Below are positions 39,457-50,371 of a DNA stretch of 64,000 bases, piece after piece. A program made the translations under genes and the position numbers. Below the pieces are notes generated by a model that worked only from the letters and a program-made list of their open reading frames with translations, ran no database searches and was not told where the DNA came from. The stretch's first letter is position 1; each line of letters starts with the position of its first letter. This DNA is from Candidatus Hydrogenedentota bacterium (GTDB taxonomy: Bacteria; Hydrogenedentota; Hydrogenedentia; Hydrogenedentales; SLHB01), in assembly GCA_045863335.1 (NCBI GenBank), contig BTVY01000003.1, positions 140,020 through 204,019 on the forward strand, given 5' to 3'.

Positions 39457-42093
39457 CTACTCCGCGGCCTCTATCGATTCGTAAAACGCCTGGCGGTGCC
39501 GCTCGCCCGCTTCCGCAAAGTGGGTGATGCCTTCCCGCTCGACGATGGCCGTGAACCGTGCCAGGGTACCGTCAGCCTTGGCCCGCGCCGGCATGCGTTT
39601 GCACTTCAAGTACATGATCGGTAGGCGCGCCACCTCGACCCGTTCGCGAACTTCCGGCGAATCGGCAACGATCTCCGCCTGATCGAAGATGGCTTCCGCC
39701 TCGCGCACGAAATCATCGCTGAAGAGCGTGTCGTCCGGCTGCAGTCCCAGGTGGATGTGCGTGTTCGGAGTGAGTTGATCGTGGAGCAGATCAAAATACT
39801 GCCGGACGTATTGGCCGCTGCGTCCGTAGTAGCCGTACATGAAGTCGTCGATGGTGGCGTTGACGTCGCAGTTGTCGGGGTCCCAGAGCAGCTTGGAAAT
39901 CACGTAGGCCCGCAATTCCGCGAACTCCCCGCCCCGGCTCTGGTAGGCCGCCTGTTCCATGATGCCAATCGCATTGTGATCCCGGAAGAACTGGATGTTT
40001 GGTTTCAACACGCGGAAGTTGGGGTAGGGCATGATGTAGTGGCTGAAGTTGACCACATAGTCCCAGATGTAAATGTGCGGCGCGATCGCGGCCCAGCCTT
40101 CCATGTCTTCCACAAAGGACGCGTTCTCCGGACACTCCGTGAAGGGGTGTGCGAAGCAGCATTCGATGCTGCAAAAGCGGACGACCACGTTGTGTCGCGG
40201 TTTTAGTGTGGCGCAGGGCTTCCGGGTGTAGCTGTAGGCCAGCGTGCCGATGAACTTATCGGGGAACTCCGCTTCCACCGCTTCAGCAACCTGGTTCACG
40301 AACCAGATGATGGGCCCCGACTGGCTCATCTCGCGATCCACGATGGCCTGACACTGATCGCATTCGCAGGGGTTCGACCAGTCGTTCTGCGACACGGAGT
40401 AGATCAGATAGTGTGGATTCTCGCGCATGACCTTGCGAACGCGTTCGGTGATGATGCGCAGCACGTCCGGGTTGGTCAGGCAGAGCTGGGCATGGTCATG
40501 GACCCGTTCGCCGTCGAGGAGGCTGTAATACTCGGGATGATCCGCGAAGAACTCGTCGGGCGGCATGAGCGGGTAAAACGTATGTACCGCCCAATAGCCC
40601 TCGACGCCGCCGGGCTGTTCGCGGTAGCTCATGGCGCCGTTGATCCGGTTCCGCGCGGCCCAGATGGGCTCGAAGGCCTCGAAATAGAAATCGTTGCGCA
40701 CGCGAATCCCCGGCGCTTCGGAGTGGTTAAGACGCACGAAGCGGTAGTCGGTTTTCTTCGGCGCGACCGTCACGCGGGGGGTGTAGAACCGCAGCCCCAG
40801 TTCCCGCTCGAGGAAGCTCATCACACCGTACATGGTTCCGCGTGCGCGGCCTCCCCAGATTGCCAGGTCCGCGCCGACATTTCTGTAGCGGAAGGACTCG
40901 TCATTGAGATCCGGCTCGGCCGTCTCGGGTAAGGCGTCGAGCAAGGGCTTTCCGTAGCCAAGCAGGATCGCCGGGCCGGACTCGGGCCGTTGGTCGACGA
41001 TCGGAAAGTCCGCGCCGCTGACTTCGGCAAGCCAGTGTTTGAGTTCTTCCGCGGCCCAACGCTCCGAATCCGATGCTTCCTCCGGCAGCACGATGGAGTA
41101 GTCGGTCTTACCATCCTCAAAAAGTGCGTATTCGACGCGGATGCCGGCGCTGAAGGGTTGCTCCATCACGATGCGTTGTCCTCCGGCGAAGGTGGCTTCC
41201 GCCCGCAGGGTATACTCGTCAAACTGCGTTGTATCCACCGGAAGCGCCACGTCGGGTTCCTTCGACCATTCTCCCTGCCAGATCGTGGCGCCGGGATCCG
41301 ATACGGGCGATACAGTCAACGACACGTTCTGCAAGAACCCGTCCAATAGTTTTTTCGTTTGGATGTACTGAAGGTGGGGTACGCCGTTGGTATCTGTGAC
41401 GACCCGGAAGGGTTGAAGGTTGTCACGCACGAGTTTGTCGTCGAAGGGGATCAGCCTGCAGGCAAACTGCCAGAGGTTTCCACGTTCCTCGACTTTCAGC
41501 AAGAGTTGATTGCGGCCCGGTTGGAGGACCACCGGCACGATGTCACCATCGATCCGCAAACCGCGTGCGCCAGGGTGATCCCACACGCGCTCACCGTTCA
41601 TCCAGACCTGCACGCCGTCGTTGGTGCCAAGGGCGAGCGCGCAGGCCAGTGTTTCCGTGCTTTCGATTTCACAGTAGGCATAAGCGATAACGGCATTCTC
41701 TTTGGAGATGGCTTCGTCGAGATCGACATAATCCGCCGGACTCTCGTGTAGAACCCAAGGCAGGGTCGCGCCATCGAGAGAGATGGTTTGCGCAACGTCG
41801 ACCTTACCGGTGGTTTCACCTCCGGACCCGGCGAGGTAGTCCTGATAGAAGGCGTCGATCCGGATCGTGTCGATTGTTTCGTCGGCATCCAACGCCAGAG
41901 GAAATGGCCCGCACAGCGACCACGTGCGAAGAAACTCGCCGGACGGTTGATCGGTGTATACCGGCGCATCTGCAAACGTGAGACTGGCCGTGCAACACAA
42001 AAGCGCCGCGGGAATAGAAAACCGAAAGAGCTGAATTGGCGAATTGCCTTGCGTGCGAAGTACGTCGTGATTCATGGAAGGCTGCTCCTGCAT
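39457..42093 (-). CDS. DUF4838-type secreted glycoside-hydrolase-like protein with an N-terminal carbohydrate-binding-like domain
   Basis: WSLCGPF, GTNDGVQVWMNG, AAEELKHWL, RGTMYGV, HPEYYSL, QLCLTNP, SQND, IWDY. Start uncertain. Confidence 0.8.
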   Translation of the reverse strand: MQEQPSMNHDVLRTQGNSPIQLFRFSIPAALLCCTASLTFADAPVYTDQPSGEFLRTWSLCGPFPLALDADETIDTIRIDAFYQDYLAGSGGETTGKVDVAQTISLDGATLPWVLHESPADYVDLDEAISKENAVIAYAYCEIESTETLACALALGTNDGVQVWMNGERVWDHPGARGLRIDGDIVPVVLQPGRNQLLLKVEERGNLWQFACRLIPFDDKLVRDNLQPFRVVTDTNGVPHLQYIQTKKLLDGFLQNVSLTVSPVSDPGATIWQGEWSKEPDVALPVDTTQFDEYTLRAEATFAGGQRIVMEQPFSAGIRVEYALFEDGKTDYSIVLPEEASDSERWAAEELKHWLAEVSGADFPIVDQRPESGPAILLGYGKPLLDALPETAEPDLNDESFRYRNVGADLAIWGGRARGTMYGVMSFLERELGLRFYTPRVTVAPKKTDYRFVRLNHSEAPGIRVRNDFYFEAFEPIWAARNRINGAMSYREQPGGVEGYWAVHTFYPLMPPDEFFADHPEYYSLLDGERVHDHAQLCLTNPDVLRIITERVRKVMRENPHYLIYSVSQNDWSNPCECDQCQAIVDREMSQSGPIIWFVNQVAEAVEAEFPDKFIGTLAYSYTRKPCATLKPRHNVVVRFCSIECCFAHPFTECPENASFVEDMEGWAAIAPHIYIWDYVVNFSHYIMPYPNFRVLKPNIQFFRDHNAIGIMEQAAYQSRGGEFAELRAYVISKLLWDPDNCDVNATIDDFMYGYYGRSGQYVRQYFDLLHDQLTPNTHIHLGLQPDDTLFSDDFVREAEAIFDQAEIVADSPEVRERVEVARLPIMYLKCKRMPARAKADGTLARFTAIVEREGITHFAEAGERHRQAFYESIEAAE

Positions 42094-42264
42094 TGTGCGG
42101 ATTCCCCGTGACGTCGCCTGCGCTCCCCGCAATGTGCACCCGGTCGGCGACAGTCTTCGATGGTACACGATTGTGGCGGGAGTTTTCCTGTTGGGGTGAC
42201 GGGAGATTTGTCGGCTATGAGAGGGGAAGTAGCGGTGGCTGGCCCTGATCGCTACTTCCAGGTG

Positions 42265-42687
42265 TCAAACGATGCGGCGGCGGCCGCCTATCGCTTTTGC
42301 GACCACCAGCGTGGCGACGGCTCCGGCGGTGGCAACCGCGATTCCGGACGCGACCGCGAGTATGCGATCGACCTGACGGCTCTCGCAGATGCCCGTGGCG
42401 CACCAGCGGGCGAAATGTTCGCAGTTGTTGGCGAAGGCGCAGTACCCGCTCTCGCCCAGGCGCGATTCGGCGCGTTCCACGACCGTGTCGGGGTCGTAGG
42501 TGAAGGACTCCGTCACCGTCCGGACGTCGCCATTCCGCGCGAATTCCCCCATGGTCACCCGCCGAACCTTGGCGAACTTGGCGCGGAACACCTCACCCTC
42601 GTAGTGGATGACTGTACCGTCGCCACAGTCGATGCCGTGGTGCCAATACCCGAACCGCCGGGCCCGAATGTGATCTCCCCGCGCCAT
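42265..42687 (-). CDS. LRAT family (permuted NlpC/P60) protein
   Basis: HHGIDCGDGTVIHY and NNCEHFA.WC, C-terminal hydrophobic helix. Confidence 0.9.
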   Translation of the reverse strand: MARGDHIRARRFGYWHHGIDCGDGTVIHYEGEVFRAKFAKVRRVTMGEFARNGDVRTVTESFTYDPDTVVERAESRLGESGYCAFANNCEHFARWCATGICESRQVDRILAVASGIAVATAGAVATLVVAKAIGGRRRIV

Positions 42688-42852
42688 ATTCCGTTCCCTT
42701 ACACGAGTGTTTTATCCGAGGCACTTATAGAAACGCCCCTGTGCATGGAGATCTTCCCGATACTCCATCCTATGGGATGCTCGCAAGTCCATTATGGTTT
42801 ATATGGGGCGCCCATTCCACAACCGCTGTTTGGGGCTGGCGGATGTCCGGAT

Positions 42853-43836
42853 TCAAAGCAGTGGCGCGATGATTTCCGCCAAGGCCGTCCCGACGCGGCG
42901 GTGTCCTTCCGTCTTGAGGTGGACGCCATCCAGGTAAAGGTCGGGAGTAATCTCAATGCGATCCGCAAGGTTCACGAACGATACTTCATCAGCATCAAGC
43001 GCTTTTTCGATGTCACCAATCCGGTCTGCGTCCTTCGTCCCCTCAGCCGTGGGCATGAGTACGACAAGAATGGAGCCTGCGGGTATTTCAGCGGCAAGCG
43101 CTACGACGGAAGCCACGTTTTCTTCCAACGCGTCGCCCGTGGATTGACGTTCCGGCAGCACGTCAGGCCTGGGTTGCAGCCATTTCCAGCCATAGCGGTG
43201 GGCAGCGGTAAAACGCGCCAGGTTCGCGGCGGCGAGTAAGGCACTCCTGGGGGGCTCTTCGGGAAATGCCACGCCAGTCCCCGTCAGGCGCACCACCGGA
43301 GGTCGAGTAAAATCGCGGGGTATGGCAAAAAACACGACGAAATCGGGATTGAGCAGGGTCAAGTGGTGGCGGTACATCGCGACCATCTGGGTAACGGAGT
43401 ATCCGTTTACGCCGCAATTGATGACTTCGGTGCCCTCTAGCCGGGACTCGGCTACCGACGTGAAGAGATTCTCCTGTTTCTCTCGAATGCCCCCCCAAGT
43501 CACGGAATCGCCCAGGACGAGGATGCGAGGCGTGTCAGGATTCTTGGTTTCCAGCGCGCGCGGTTCGCGGACTCCCCACCGGTTGATCGCGATTTCGTTG
43601 CCGAGGATGGAGACGTGCTGATCCGGCTGCAACCGGTATCCAGCGTGTTCGTCGGCCGTGTACAGCACTGGGTCTGCGAGGCCCATGACGCGAAGGACTC
43701 CTTCCAGGAGCAGGAGCGTCACCAATAGAATCGCGGCAGTTTCAATCATGCGGCGCTTCCAGGTGGGCGGCTTGGGAGTGACTGCGGAATCGCCTCCGTT
43801 CCATGAAGGCGTGGGGGATTCCGCAGACTCGCTCAC
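42853..43836 (-). CDS. SGNH/GDSL hydrolase family protein
   Basis: LVLGDSVTWG, INCGVNGYS, DGVHL. Confidence 0.88.
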   Translation of the reverse strand: MSESAESPTPSWNGGDSAVTPKPPTWKRRMIETAAILLVTLLLLEGVLRVMGLADPVLYTADEHAGYRLQPDQHVSILGNEIAINRWGVREPRALETKNPDTPRILVLGDSVTWGGIREKQENLFTSVAESRLEGTEVINCGVNGYSVTQMVAMYRHHLTLLNPDFVVFFAIPRDFTRPPVVRLTGTGVAFPEEPPRSALLAAANLARFTAAHRYGWKWLQPRPDVLPERQSTGDALEENVASVVALAAEIPAGSILVVLMPTAEGTKDADRIGDIEKALDADEVSFVNLADRIEITPDLYLDGVHLKTEGHRRVGTALAEIIAPLL

Positions 43837-44777
43837 TCACTGGACTCCAGTGGCTGTTCGCGCCAATAGTCGAGCAAGTCCTGAAGCATGGTCTCGAAAG
43901 TTGCCTTCGGTTCCCAGCCCGTAGCCGTCGAGAGCTTCTCGCGTGAACCCCGCACCTCGGGAATGTCGACGCGCCGGAGCCGCTCCGGGTCGACGTGGAT
44001 TTGGACGTCGACCGTCGCCAGCTTCTGCAGCGATTCCAGTGCCGAACCAATGGTCCATGAATCGCCGGAGCAAACGTTATAGGCTTCGCCAGCCTGACCG
44101 TGAAGCGCGATGGCCTCGTAGGCTCGAACGACATCTTTCACGTGCAGGAAATCCCGCGCCACGTCCAAGTTCCCAACCTGAAGTACCGGTTCGGCCAGCC
44201 CCCGTTCGATTCGTGCAAACTGCCGGGCGAAGTTCGACAGCACGAACTGCGGCGACTGGCCGGGGCCTGAATGATTGAAGGGGCGGACGCGAATCGCGTC
44301 CATCCCGTAGTTCCGGAAGAGGTACTCGCAATAGGCGTCCGCGGCGGCCTTGGAAATGGCGTAGGGCTCATTCGGCTGAAGCGGGTGGTTTTCGTCGATG
44401 GGGATAGCGCGGGGGATGCCATAGACGGCGGCGCTTCCGATGTACAGGAAGCGCGCTTTCGGCGTCAATCCGCGAACTGCCTCGGCGAGCCGGATGGTCC
44501 CGTTGAGATTGATGTCCATGGTCCGCGCGGGATAGGCCTGCGACGAGGGGATAAAGGTGACTGCCGCCAGGTGGAACACGTGGGTAACCGGTCCCGCCCA
44601 TTGGACGAGCGCCTCTACTTGGGCATCGTCCGAGATGTCGCACCCAAAGGCCGACTCGTCCTCGGCGGTCCCCGGCAGGACGCTGGACCGCAGATTCCAT
44701 CCCGAAGCGCGAAGATGGCCGGTCAAAAAGCGTCCGACGAATCCATTTGCTCCGGTTACCAGCGCCAATCGTTCCAT
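43833..44777 (-). CDS. rmd: GDP-4-keto-6-deoxy-D-mannose reductase-like SDR
   Basis: TGANGFVG, PYAISK, RPFNHSGPGQS, GNLDVARDF. Confidence 0.8.
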   Translation of the reverse strand: MERLALVTGANGFVGRFLTGHLRASGWNLRSSVLPGTAEDESAFGCDISDDAQVEALVQWAGPVTHVFHLAAVTFIPSSQAYPARTMDINLNGTIRLAEAVRGLTPKARFLYIGSAAVYGIPRAIPIDENHPLQPNEPYAISKAAADAYCEYLFRNYGMDAIRVRPFNHSGPGQSPQFVLSNFARQFARIERGLAEPVLQVGNLDVARDFLHVKDVVRAYEAIALHGQAGEAYNVCSGDSWTIGSALESLQKLATVDVQIHVDPERLRRVDIPEVRGSREKLSTATGWEPKATFETMLQDLLDYWREQPLESSE

Positions 44778-44786
44778 GAGGGAATC

Positions 44787-46094
44787 TTACACGCTGGGAC
44801 GGCCGACACTGAAGTACCGGAAGCCCGCCTTTTCGAGCACGCTCGCCGTGTAGAGATTGCGGCCGTCGAAGATGACCTTCTCCCGCATCAGATCGCCCAT
44901 GCGCTCGTAGTCGGGCCGCCGGAATTCGTTCCATTCCGTGGTAATGACCAAGCCGTCCGCTTCCTGCAACGCCGCGTAGTTCTTCGGCACGACGGTAATA
45001 CGGTCGCCATAGACGTGCGCGAGATTCCGGTCGGCCACGGGATCGTACACCGTGATTGCCGCGCCCGCCTCTAGCAACGCGTCGATAACATGCAACGCCG
45101 GCCCGTCCCTAAGGTCGTCCGTCTTCGGTTTGAAACTCGCGCCCCACACAGCGATACGCTTTCCTTTGATCCTCTCGCCGTAGTGAGCGAGGATCGTTTC
45201 GATGAAGCGTTGCTGCTGCTCGCGGTTTACCGCCGAAACCGCTTTCATGATGTGGGTATCGAGCCCTCTCGCCTCGGCCATCTTCGCGCAGGCCACTACG
45301 TCCTTCGGCAGACAGGAGCCCCCGAAACCAATGCCGGGGAATAGGTACGCGGGTCCGATGCGGGAATCGGCGGCGACGCCTTCGCGGACCTCTCCGATAT
45401 CTGCTCCATAGGCTTCGCACAGAGTCGCCATCTCATTCATGAAGGAAATGCGCGTGGCAAGCATGGCGTTGACGGCGTACTTCGCCATTTCCGCGCTGCG
45501 AATGGACATAAGCAACAGCGGTTTGCCCGTCCGGAGAAATGGCGCATATAGCTCCTTCATGATCTCCTCGACGCGCACGTCGTCGCATCCGACGACAATG
45601 CGGTCGGGCCGCATGAAATCGTCCACCGCCGATCCTTGCCGCAAAAACTCCGGATTCACGACCACGTCGAAGGATTGAGACGTGGACTCGGCAAGCCGGT
45701 CGCGGATTTCTTCGGTAGAGCCGACGGGACAAGTGCTTTTGTTCACCACGATGCGGTACCCGTCGATGGCCTTACCGATGGCGTCAACCACGCTGAAGAC
45801 CTGGGACGTGTCAGCTCCCCCATCGGGAAGAGGAGGTGTGCCCACGCAGATGAAAATCAGGAGTACGTCTTTGACCGCCTCGTCGAGAGCGGTTGTAAAC
45901 TTGAGCCGCTCTTCTTCCATGTTACGAACGACGAGTTCTTCGAGGCCGGGTTCGTAGATGGGCATCTCGCCCGCCTGTAGCATGGCGATCTTGGCCTCGT
46001 CGATGTCCATGCACTTGACGTAGTGGCCGTTTTCGGCGAGACCGGTACCGACGACCAGCCCGACGTGCCCGGTGCCGACAACCGCGATTTTCAT
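44787..46094 (-). CDS. ugd: UDP-glucose 6-dehydrogenase
   Basis: VVGTGHVG, CVGTP, NPEFLR, GFGGSCLPKD, FKPKTDD. Confidence 0.95.
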   Translation of the reverse strand: MKIAVVGTGHVGLVVGTGLAENGHYVKCMDIDEAKIAMLQAGEMPIYEPGLEELVVRNMEEERLKFTTALDEAVKDVLLIFICVGTPPLPDGGADTSQVFSVVDAIGKAIDGYRIVVNKSTCPVGSTEEIRDRLAESTSQSFDVVVNPEFLRQGSAVDDFMRPDRIVVGCDDVRVEEIMKELYAPFLRTGKPLLLMSIRSAEMAKYAVNAMLATRISFMNEMATLCEAYGADIGEVREGVAADSRIGPAYLFPGIGFGGSCLPKDVVACAKMAEARGLDTHIMKAVSAVNREQQQRFIETILAHYGERIKGKRIAVWGASFKPKTDDLRDGPALHVIDALLEAGAAITVYDPVADRNLAHVYGDRITVVPKNYAALQEADGLVITTEWNEFRRPDYERMGDLMREKVIFDGRNLYTASVLEKAGFRYFSVGRPSV

Positions 46095-49000
46095 TAGTTC
46101 TCGCCCCCAAGATATCCGAGTGCGCCAAGTTCTTCTTCGAGAGCGGACGTGTCCGCGACCGCTTGAGGCTCTACCGCGTTCTCCAACGCGGCCGCCTGCA
46201 TCTGATCGATAAGGCCAAACATGGTCTCTTCCAACGTGGGATTCTGCCCGGCCAGGTTGTTGGTCTCACCCGGGTCAGTCGCCACGTCGTACAGCTCCAC
46301 GGGCAACAGTCCGCGTTTGTTGCCTTCGTTCGCTTTGATGAGTTTGGCGTCCATCGTGCGCGCGGCCTGAAGAACGATTCCCTCGAAGTCGAGGTGTGAA
46401 TAGGTAATGCGGCCGTCGGCATTCCCGGCACTGAGATTGTCCGCAAGGAACAACGACTTACCCTGCATGGCCGGTGCGGGAGGCAGCCCGGCGAACTGCA
46501 GCAGCGTGGGGGCGAGATCCACGTGGCGTGTCATGTGCGCGTTGGTTTCGCCGGCCAACTGGTTTCCCGGCAGCTTAATCATCAAGGGAATTCCGATCTG
46601 CTCGTCGTACAAGGTCAGGCCATGCCACCAGCCGCCATGTTCGCAGAACTCTTCGCCGTGGTCGGACGTGAACACGATGACGGAGTTGTCGTAAAACCCG
46701 CGATCTTTCAACTCCTGAACCAAATTGCCAAGAGACGCATCAAAATGCTCGATCTCGCCGTTGTACACGCGCTGGAAGAGTTCCCGGTATTTCGCGGGGT
46801 CCAAATCCGTTCCCAGCCGTACCCGCGCGTAGCCCACGCCAGGGTCGGTGTGATCCATGTAGGGATCATGCGGGTCCATGTAATGCAGGAAAAGCAGGAA
46901 CGGCGCATCGGACGGCCGCGCTTCGCTATCGAGCCAATCCACAGCGCGACTCGTTACGTCCTCCGCGGGCTGATAGAAGTCTCGCACGTTGATACGTCCG
47001 CCGGTCAGTTTGCCCACGAGCATCTGATAAACCTGGCGCAGCGTCTTGTAGAGTACCATTTTCTCAGCGGACTGTCCTGCCCCGAAGAGATACTGCGGCC
47101 GCAGGTACTCGTACTCCACGAACCCCTGGCCATAATTGTAGGTATCGGCGATGTTGGGATTGTTGGCGTAGCCCTGCGTAAAGTAGCCCGCCTCGCGAAG
47201 AACCTCCGAAAACGTCGTCACATCATCCGGCAGCACGGAATCTTTTTGCACCGCCGTATGGGCTTCGGGATACATGCCGGTGAAGATCGTCGCAAAAGAC
47301 GCTTTTGTCCACGACGACTGCGCAAACGCGTTGTCGTAGAGAACGGAATCGGCCCGGAGCGCGTCAATGTTCGGCGTGTTTGCCGCTGCGTCCGGGTTGT
47401 AGGCGCGAAGGTAGTCCGCGCGCAGGGTATCTACCGCGATCAGGATGATGTTGGGACCTGATGCGCCTGCGGTGCCCTCGAAAGACAGCGCCTTCGCGGG
47501 CGGAAGCTTGCTGATGGACAGACCCAAACCAATCAACACGATACCCACAAAAAGCACTGCGGCGGTGATACCGGTCTGCACGCGGGTACGTCCACTGATG
47601 GCCATGATGGCAGCGCCGCCCAGCACACCCAGCACCGCGACGAGCAGAGCCAATCCCCCCAATGCGGCAAAGTTCAGGATCGAGAGCCCGTGTTCCCCGA
47701 GCACGTCCTGGGAGTACCGGAATCGTCCGATAACGATCAGACCTGCTCCGAGCGTGCCGCCGAGACACAAACCGAACGCGATAGCCCTGGAGACGAAGCG
47801 GTCGACGAGAAGGGAAAGGAAACCCAGCGCGCCCGCAATCCCGAGGCCTAGTCCGGTGAATAGAAGCCCATAGACCAGGGGACCCCACCAGAACGCGACC
47901 ATCTCGGTGAGGCCGGCTTGACGGCTGACGAGCCAACTGCCCTCGCCAAGACCCACGATGGCGCCGCCCACGAGCCCGGCCGCCGCACCCGCGACCGCGT
48001 AGTCCGTCAGTTTCTCGCGATAGCCGGCGATCGCCTCCGGCGCGAGGTGGAGACCCTCGCCCTCGATCTCCCTCGCCGCCTCGCGCGCTTCCGCCAAGCG
48101 CTCCTGGACCTGCACTTTGGACGGACGCCGGTGGAAGGGCAGCATCACGATTCCGATGAGAAAGGGCACGAGTTCGCCTATCCACCAGCCCAAGTGTGCA
48201 AAGGTGGCCGCTGTCGCCGCGCCGCTCTTTCCGGACAACAAGGTGACGAACACAATCTCGCGAATGCCCTCGCCGCCGATCGACGGTCCGAGCACGGTAC
48301 CGTAGATCATCAACGGACTGGCGAAAAGGATATCGGTCAACCCGGTGTTCTCGGCGCGAATCGACATCATGGTTCCGAAGTACATAAAACACGTGGCCAG
48401 GTGAACGCCCAAGCCAAAAAGCACCGCCAGCATCAGATTGCGGCGGCTACCGCTGTACGCCGTTACTGCGGCCCCCAGCTTGTCGATCTTGGTCCGGATC
48501 GCTGCGGGCGTGGGGAAGACCGCGACCAGCACTTGGATGATGCGGGGATTCAGAAGGGTTACAAATGCGACCGTCACGAACGATGCCAGAATCAACAGAA
48601 TGATGCCGAGTACGGCAACATTGATATTGAGCAGTGCGAATCCTAGCGGAAATGTGAGAAAAACCAGGAACGTAAGCGCGACGAACCCGATGAGTTTTTC
48701 GACCGCGATGACGGTCGTGCATTTGATCACCTCGCCGGTGTACCGGGACGAGTCGATCAGGCGCCATCCATCGAGCCCAATCGTCCCTGGCAAAAAAATC
48801 CCGATAGTTCGCCCAATGAACCAGCTACGAACCATGTAGATGAAAGGAAGGGAAATACCTTGTCCATGCAGCAACAATCGCCAGCGCATGATGCCGCAGA
48901 GCAGCCCCGAGAGCTTAATGACCGTCGCAAAGGTTAGCCAGAAGGCGATATTGTGCGCCCCTGCGTCGCGCAGTTCTTGAAGCATATCGGCCGGCTTGAC

Positions 49001-49126
49001 GCCGCCAAAGGTATCGGGCGCGAAGCCAAAAGCCTGCGGGTAGAACAATAACGTCAATAGTCCTACCGAGACAATAAGCTTGATGAGAAACAAAACTACA
49101 TGCTTGATCTTCATATTGGTTGTCAC
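46094..49126 (-). CDS. Fusion of an LPG-synthase-TM/flippase-like domain, extra TMs and a sulfatase-like (alkaline phosphatase superfamily) domain
   Basis: RWRLLL, LPGTIGLD, GEGIRE in the N-terminal part; NIILIAVDTLRAD, SWTKAS, HYMDPH.PY, TSDHGEEF, HG.TLY in the C-terminal part. Confidence 0.85.
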   Translation of the reverse strand: MTTNMKIKHVVLFLIKLIVSVGLLTLLFYPQAFGFAPDTFGGVKPADMLQELRDAGAHNIAFWLTFATVIKLSGLLCGIMRWRLLLHGQGISLPFIYMVRSWFIGRTIGIFLPGTIGLDGWRLIDSSRYTGEVIKCTTVIAVEKLIGFVALTFLVFLTFPLGFALLNINVAVLGIILLILASFVTVAFVTLLNPRIIQVLVAVFPTPAAIRTKIDKLGAAVTAYSGSRRNLMLAVLFGLGVHLATCFMYFGTMMSIRAENTGLTDILFASPLMIYGTVLGPSIGGEGIREIVFVTLLSGKSGAATAATFAHLGWWIGELVPFLIGIVMLPFHRRPSKVQVQERLAEAREAAREIEGEGLHLAPEAIAGYREKLTDYAVAGAAAGLVGGAIVGLGEGSWLVSRQAGLTEMVAFWWGPLVYGLLFTGLGLGIAGALGFLSLLVDRFVSRAIAFGLCLGGTLGAGLIVIGRFRYSQDVLGEHGLSILNFAALGGLALLVAVLGVLGGAAIMAISGRTRVQTGITAAVLFVGIVLIGLGLSISKLPPAKALSFEGTAGASGPNIILIAVDTLRADYLRAYNPDAAANTPNIDALRADSVLYDNAFAQSSWTKASFATIFTGMYPEAHTAVQKDSVLPDDVTTFSEVLREAGYFTQGYANNPNIADTYNYGQGFVEYEYLRPQYLFGAGQSAEKMVLYKTLRQVYQMLVGKLTGGRINVRDFYQPAEDVTSRAVDWLDSEARPSDAPFLLFLHYMDPHDPYMDHTDPGVGYARVRLGTDLDPAKYRELFQRVYNGEIEHFDASLGNLVQELKDRGFYDNSVIVFTSDHGEEFCEHGGWWHGLTLYDEQIGIPLMIKLPGNQLAGETNAHMTRHVDLAPTLLQFAGLPPAPAMQGKSLFLADNLSAGNADGRITYSHLDFEGIVLQAARTMDAKLIKANEGNKRGLLPVELYDVATDPGETNNLAGQNPTLEETMFGLIDQMQAAALENAVEPQAVADTSALEEELGALGYLGGEN

Positions 49127-49338
49127 GGGATCCTGATGGTTAAGTCGTCACGCAGATCTCACACCTACAACGGATCCGCGCGAAGCCGAAGTCTAGCACG
49201 TGGGCACCTGCGGCGCAACTGGTGACGTGCTTGATGCGGCGCGACTTACGGTATCGTTGATGCACAGCGGTTGACACGCGTCCTTGTCCCCGGTTAGATT
49301 CTGCGTCGTTACACTCGCGTGGGAAGGGAAGTTGCAGT

Positions 49339-50349
49339 ATGTCTGTGCAGATGTTGTTTGTCATCAGTTCGCCGCGATCCGGGAGCACGATGCTGGAGCG
49401 CATGCTCGAATCGCACTCCATGATCAAAGGCGGACCAGAACCGCACCTGCTCACCCCGCTGGCCCATCTTGGCGTGTGGGATAATGTGCAGAAGGCCCCC
49501 TACGACCACGTCCTCGCCGCGGAAGCGCAGAAGCTCTTCATCGACCAGCTCCCGAACAAGCAGCAGGACTACTGGGACGCCTGCCGCGCCTATTGCGATA
49601 CTTTGTACGGCCGGTACTTGGAAGGGGGTAAGGAAACCATCTGCCTCGACAAGACTCCTGCCTACGGGTTAATCCTGCCCTTCATGATGAAGGTATTTCC
49701 GGACGCCAAGTTTGTGGTTCTTACACGGCATCCGCTGGCGACGTTCTCATCCTTTGCGAACTCGTTTTTCGACGGCGACTACCAGGTCGCCCAGAAGTAC
49801 AATCCCATTCTCAACCGCTACGTCCCGGCGATTGCCGCGTTCTTGCGGCAGGACACCGTGCCCTATTTCCACGTGAAGTACGAGGACCTGGTGAAGGACC
49901 CGGAATTGTGGATGGAGAAGATCTACGGCTACATCGGCGTACCCTTTGAAAAGGACACGATCGATTACGGCAGCAAGGAGCCCGAAACGGCGAAAGGCCT
50001 GGGCGATCCGATCGGCGTCAAGCAGTACTCGCGGCCCACGACCGCGTCGGTGAAGAAGTGGGTGGAAGATCTCGCCGCCGATCCGGCGAAACTGGCGCTG
50101 ATGCAGGAAGTAATCGCCCAGATCGATTCCGAAGATCTGGCGACCTGCGGGTATCCTGCGGACACGATTTGGAAGCCCCTCGAAGAGCTGGGGGACCGCC
50201 GCCCGGAGATGAAGAAAGCGCCCATGAGCCGCTACCGGCTCCAGCGTAAGCTCATCGTGAAACTCCGCGCCATGGCGCAGCGGGGTGGAGCCTTCCGCAA
50301 AGTCCTCCAGAAACTGCGTCTCACCTGCGATGTGCTCCTTAGAGAGTGA
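49339..50349 (+). CDS. PAPS-dependent sulfotransferase
   Basis: SSPRSGSTML (5'-PSB), DKTP, RHPLA..SS, KYEDLV. Confidence 0.9.
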   Translation: MSVQMLFVISSPRSGSTMLERMLESHSMIKGGPEPHLLTPLAHLGVWDNVQKAPYDHVLAAEAQKLFIDQLPNKQQDYWDACRAYCDTLYGRYLEGGKETICLDKTPAYGLILPFMMKVFPDAKFVVLTRHPLATFSSFANSFFDGDYQVAQKYNPILNRYVPAIAAFLRQDTVPYFHVKYEDLVKDPELWMEKIYGYIGVPFEKDTIDYGSKEPETAKGLGDPIGVKQYSRPTTASVKKWVEDLAADPAKLALMQEVIAQIDSEDLATCGYPADTIWKPLEELGDRRPEMKKAPMSRYRLQRKLIVKLRAMAQRGGAFRKVLQKLRLTCDVLLRE

Positions 50350-50371
50350 CCGCGTATTTAAAATAGTGGTC

